From Coniocarpon cinnabarinum (taxonomy: Eukaryota), in assembly GCA_051942205.1 (NCBI GenBank), contig JAVECO010000130.1:1-64000 (forward strand): 64,000 nt of DNA, written 5' to 3'. Positions 59,555 through 64,000 of the stretch are shown here, piece after piece. A program made the position numbers and the translations under genes. The notes under the pieces are model-generated. The model did no database searches. It was not told the DNA's origin and saw only the letters and a program-made list of their open reading frames with translations. The number at the start of each line of letters is the position of its first letter. Position 1 is the stretch's first letter.

Positions 59555-61317
59555 TCACAAGTGGAATCCTCCAGCCAGGTTCATCACAGAATCAGGATCG
59601 ACACGTTTCCTGATCTCTCTCAGTCTCTGCGCGTTCTTCGAGCCGTAGAGCTCTTCAGCAGTTGAACCTGTGATCGCATAGTTGGGATACTTCGTATATG
59701 CATCGTTGTAGATGCCCTCTCGGATGGCCGCCTGCTTGAGAACATTCACGGAGTCATGCAGCGCGGCATACCAGAAAGCGTCCTGGCTCGGCAGTGTCCA
59801 CGCAAAATCGAGATTGATCTGTCCTTGGGTTAGCTGGAAAGGACGTTGACAAGATGCTCTGAATAGTGTACCGGCAGAGGCGACTGTGCATGAGGATACG
59901 CAGAATCGGTAGAAAATCGTCCGTAGCTGGGATCGAAGGGTTCAATATCGTAGCCAACTCGGACTCCCCCTTGAAGTGGCATGAAAGCGCCATAGTACTA
60001 TAAGAAATCCCATTCATCAACAGCCCGTTCACCTTTGTTTTGGGGCTATGGCGGAGACTCACATCCGATTGATTTTTGACAGCTGCAAGGAAGGATGGCG
60101 TCAACTTGGAAGTTGAAATGGTGTTGAATGTGCCTCTTGGCGTGACCGCAAGTAAATCTGGGATCCCGCCTACAAAATCAGCAAAAGTTTGTTGCTGGAC
60201 TGTATCGAGGACGGTAGGTATTCCGTCAAACAATTTAAGACTTTCAGGCACAGGGCCATCGCTATCATATAGGAATATAGCAATGACTGATGTTCCTTGG
60301 GCGCCACCTTGGAGAGTAGGTATAACTTGAGCTTTGACATCAGTGTTCTGCTCGAAGAATTTTGCCGTTGCGTCGATCAGGAGCTGTGTTTGATTTGAGC
60401 TGTAGAGGCGAATCCCGCCTGTTACCACGGACGCCTGGGGATGGGTTTCAAACTCAGTAGACGTGACGATGCCGAAGCGATTGAGACCCCCTTTCAAAGC
60501 GAAAAACAAATCTGCATGATCCCGCTCGCTCACCCGGACGATCTCACCACAGGGTTGGACAAGCGTATACGATTTCACGGTGTCACAACTGAGACCAAAC
60601 TGATTCGTCTTCCAAGAATACCCACCGCCGAGGGTGCTACCACCAACACCAGGTCCTGGAACTCGGCCACCCACGACGTTGATGCCGGTAGGTTCGAGAG
60701 CTCTGTACACATCCAGCCAGGTCTACACATACCTCTTGTGAGCGCAAAGGGCTTGTCAGACTTAACCAATCAAAGCCGAACCTGTCCCATGCCCAATTCA
60801 ACGACCGTCCGGTCGTGTGAGAGATTGACCTGCGAAAGGCGATTGAGAACGATATGGACGCCGGTAGTACTGGAGAAGCCGGGGTTCGAAGCATGGCCGC
60901 CAGATTTGACAGCAAATGGAGTCTTTGTGGCGCCGATGATTTTGATCTGATCGCATCAAAAGGTCTCAGCCCTGGGAGCTTCAATCAGGCTGGGGCTCGC
61001 TAACTCACGGCTACGGCCACGTCGTTCGCTGAACCAGCTTCTAGAACGCAGACTGGTGTTTGTGTCGACGTATCAGACCAGTGGTGGATGTCCTGTGTGT
61101 AGTTTGTACTCGCTTCCATTTTTGTGAGTACTTTGGTGCCCGAATCCGAATATCAGCTTCACCCACATGCGTATATTACATCGCTCGCAGACGATATCTG
61201 CTCGCTAATGGATTTACAGGTTGCAAGAGCATCTGTTGTTGGGACCAGGTTGCGCGTAGATAGAGCAAAGGCCAGTCTCAAGATTGCCGTCAAAACTATG
61301 ATTTCAAAGGCTGCCAT
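59555..61317 (-). CDS. Secreted FAD-linked oxidoreductase (BBE/VAO family)
   Basis: Signal peptide, AVKSGGHASNPGFS, GVGGSTLGGGYSW, LFFALKGGLNRFGIVT and YPNY...VDP motifs. Several introns. Confidence 0.88.
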
Positions 61318-63336
61318 GTTAATAATCTTTCAGTCCTAAATATCTTTCAATGGAAATTGAACATGTGTATCAATTATTCTGGTCTCGAAAGACTGTATGA
61401 GCGCCGGGCAGCAAATGTTGTTTGAGTTCGGTTCCTCGCTCAAGGACGCCAAAGTTGTCAAGATCTAGCCGCATCCAACAAGGTGCCATGCAGAGCCGAT
61501 AGGTGTGTAGCATTCCATGGAAGCGACAAATGGCGCACCGGCCCTCCAATAGTCACGACAATGACTCGGAAGCAAACGTGCATGAGGCTCTTTCTGGGTC
61601 TATTGTAGACACCGATGCGTCGCGTTCTGCATACTCACGATTCGCGTATTGTTACTTGGCTCTTCGAAGGCAACAGACTTCGGAGGATTCATGGGGGCCA
61701 TGCGTAGAGGAGCCTCCTCAGAGGGTTGTGGATGTGACCTATAACCTTGTCTCGAGGTATAGAAGCACGGCTTGTGAAAGGCTTTCTTTTCCTATATACA
61801 AGTCTTGCGAACATAGTGGAGCCGGCACGTCGATTGCATAATTTTGACCATTCGCAGCCTACGCCAACGCTAGCTCTGCTGAGTCGCGCTGCCTTTTATG
61901 TGGAATTTGGGACGTCATCCGCCCAGCTCAATCTTGTGGCACCAGATAGACTTTGCAGACGGCTTCACGACGGTGGCAGGTACAGGAGATACGGAAGGGA
62001 GGAAACCAATCGGACTCCAGACGCAAATACGCTATTATCTTCACGCGCGTAACGAGGCGCATGTTGGCAATCCACTATCCACTATTTCGGTACCCTGCCC
62101 CGCTCGTTGTGGCGCTCTGTCTGCGATTTCCTGTATCCATTCCTAGGATATCATCCTAAACCGTCTTAAGCGTGTCTATAATCTCAGGCGCTACTTTCCA
62201 AGCCTGCATCGTTACCGAAACCCTCTTTATCTGCACACCGTCTTGTTGTTTCGGCAAAACCTTTGACTTTCCTGCCGCTTCAAGATCCGGCGTCGCTTGG
62301 CTCCAACAGTGCAAACCCATCGAACGTCGTTCATCGCCATTTCCACTTTTCCCATGGCATTGCCAATGCTATTCACTATGTCGGACGCAGCCGCCTACGA
62401 GCTCCAACAAGAGTGACTCAAAACCCCGTCATGCTCAAACCTTGCCCACTTCTGGTCCGCTTGCTCAGCCCATTCTACGAAGCGTGTCGACCGGCATGAC
62501 CGTCCATGCTTATCAAGACTCCCCTCTAATTCCATTAAGGCAGCACGGTCCAAACTGAAACAGCTAGTACCGGTTCACCAAGTCGAGTGACAATCAGGAA
62601 CAGCAGCAGCGCCCCTTCTATTCCGCAGTTTCGCTCGTCTCGTCTCTGGCTAGCGTCATGTGTCACGGACGAAAGTCGTCGCCGGATCTCAGCCCAGGCG
62701 GGGAGCCTGTACGATGAGGACGATGCAGGTAACAAACTCGCGAGTACAATGGCGACAGCCCTTTGTCAGTGAAAAAAACGCTGGATCATAATGTGGCAAA
62801 TACTATCCTACAAAGCTCTTGCCTTCACGATATTTACCGATTTCGCGATCTTTGCAAAAAGCCGACCGGCGCCTTGAAGCTTAGAAGAAGGAAATCAACG
62901 ACAGAGTCGCATACTTACTCTTGGAAGTTCTCCTAGTAGCATTCGGCTCGACTTCCAATCACATGGAACCCGTAAACATGGTATTAGTGCATCGAATGAG
63001 TCGCGTTCCTTCATAGAGTTCGACATCTAATTCAGCTGCATTACATTGAACTACGATGTGCTCAAGCTCGTTGGAAATACTCGTTCATCGGTCGCTACCA
63101 ACTCATCGGTGTTGCCGCATGGGCTGCTTACAGCAAAGCTAATCGAACCACATCTCAGATCAGCACAATTACTTCGCTTATTTGGGTGCTTTGGCCTGGT
63201 TCGCACTACATGGAAATGTTGAAGGATGCTATAAATTCAGAGACCCCATCATACGTGCTGCAGGATCAGATAGAAGCCGCGACAACACTTTCGGCTCTGC
63301 TGTGCCCTTGCGTCGCTTCGCCCAGGAAGAACGAGA

Positions 63337-64000
63337 ATGCATCACGAAGTGTTGATTGCGGTGTCCACGACCGCGTTGCTTATTTGGCGCTTGACGGCGT
63401 TTTTTATGAGTCCTGTAGTTCAAGCCATCAACTATCGATGGACCGACTTCACGTTCGCACAAGCAAAGGGAAGATCTTGCGTCGATCTCAGACGTCTATT
63501 GGAGCAAGGGTTTAGCAAAAGCCAAGGTCGACCCTTCTATGCAATCCTGTGCTCAGGTCTGACCCGTATCCTGCCGCATAACGCCGTGCCTCAGATGGAG
63601 AAAAATGCCGCAGCGTTCTCAATGGGAGACGCAGTCAATCGCGACTATCACACTGCTCGGTTTCCCGAGCTTGCCCCGTTTGAGCAGCCAAGCGCCTATA
63701 AGTCGTCGTTCGCTCATCGGATGAAACAGCGAACCGAGGACATGTTGCAGGGCGTTTTCGAAGAAATCCCTGTAGCTCTACACCAACTCTGGGGTGACGA
63801 GTCGATCTGGCAGCGAAGAGGCCTTGGTGAGGATATTCCCTATCTGATGGCAAGATGCGCAGCGCGGCTGTTCGTCGGAGAAGAGCTCTGCAAGAACGAC
63901 GCATGGCTCCAAATCACCCAAGAAGTAACTCGAGGCTTGGTACTTGCATCCATTCATCTTCAGATGGTCCCTTATTACTTACGCCCGGTCGCGTGGCGTT
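63337..64000 (+). CDS. Cytochrome P450, 5' part (truncated by window edge)
   Basis: Open frame from MHHEVLIAVSTTALLIWRLTAFF (membrane anchor) to ARCAARLFVGEELCKNDAWL...LRP. This resembles fungal secondary-metabolism P450s of the ent-kaurene-oxidase-like type. The heme motif lies outside the window, and the gene is absent from the ORF track. Confidence 0.75.
   Translation, partial: MHHEVLIAVSTTALLIWRLTAFFMSPVVQAINYRWTDFTFAQAKGRSCVDLRRLLEQGFSKSQGRPFYAILCSGLTRILPHNAVPQMEKNAAAFSMGDAVNRDYHTARFPELAPFEQPSAYKSSFAHRMKQRTEDMLQGVFEEIPVALHQLWGDESIWQRRGLGEDIPYLMARCAARLFVGEELCKNDAWLQITQEVTRGLVLASIHLQMVPYYLRPVAWR

Noticed and set aside
61318..63336. Short ORFs between the FAD oxidoreductase and the P450
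   Set aside because: No recognisable motifs or splice-supported model; treated as a divergent promoter region.

Overview
Gene-dense, intron-containing fungal genomic DNA (filamentous ascomycete-type gene set; the species cannot be determined from the window). About 30 protein-coding genes were reconstructed by hand from ORFs and splice signals. The left ~45 kb is mostly housekeeping: an Hsp70-like gene, the head-to-head pairs RPL17/NOP1, DRS1/RPS28 and GPI3/DBP6, plus MSS51, ARL2, a sedolisin, ATG27, SSH4, SEC63, CAS1 and RET2. The right ~19 kb is metabolic/accessory and carries the main signal, a putative peroxisomal acyl-CoA module in two divergent pairs. One pair is acyl-CoA oxidase (-AKL) with an acyl-CoA ligase (-AKL). 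The other is an enoyl-CoA hydratase/isomerase (-AKI) with a glutathione S-transferase. That GST has a cryptic PTS1 (-ARL) behind a TGA-CTG readthrough-type stop and also a mitochondrial-type presequence. Also reconstructed: a three-exon small secreted 8-Cys protein, a GNAT whose start codon appears split by a GC-AG intron, and a P450 running off the right edge. No tRNA, rRNA, transposon or CRISPR array was recognised. Family calls rest on motif recognition, not database searches.
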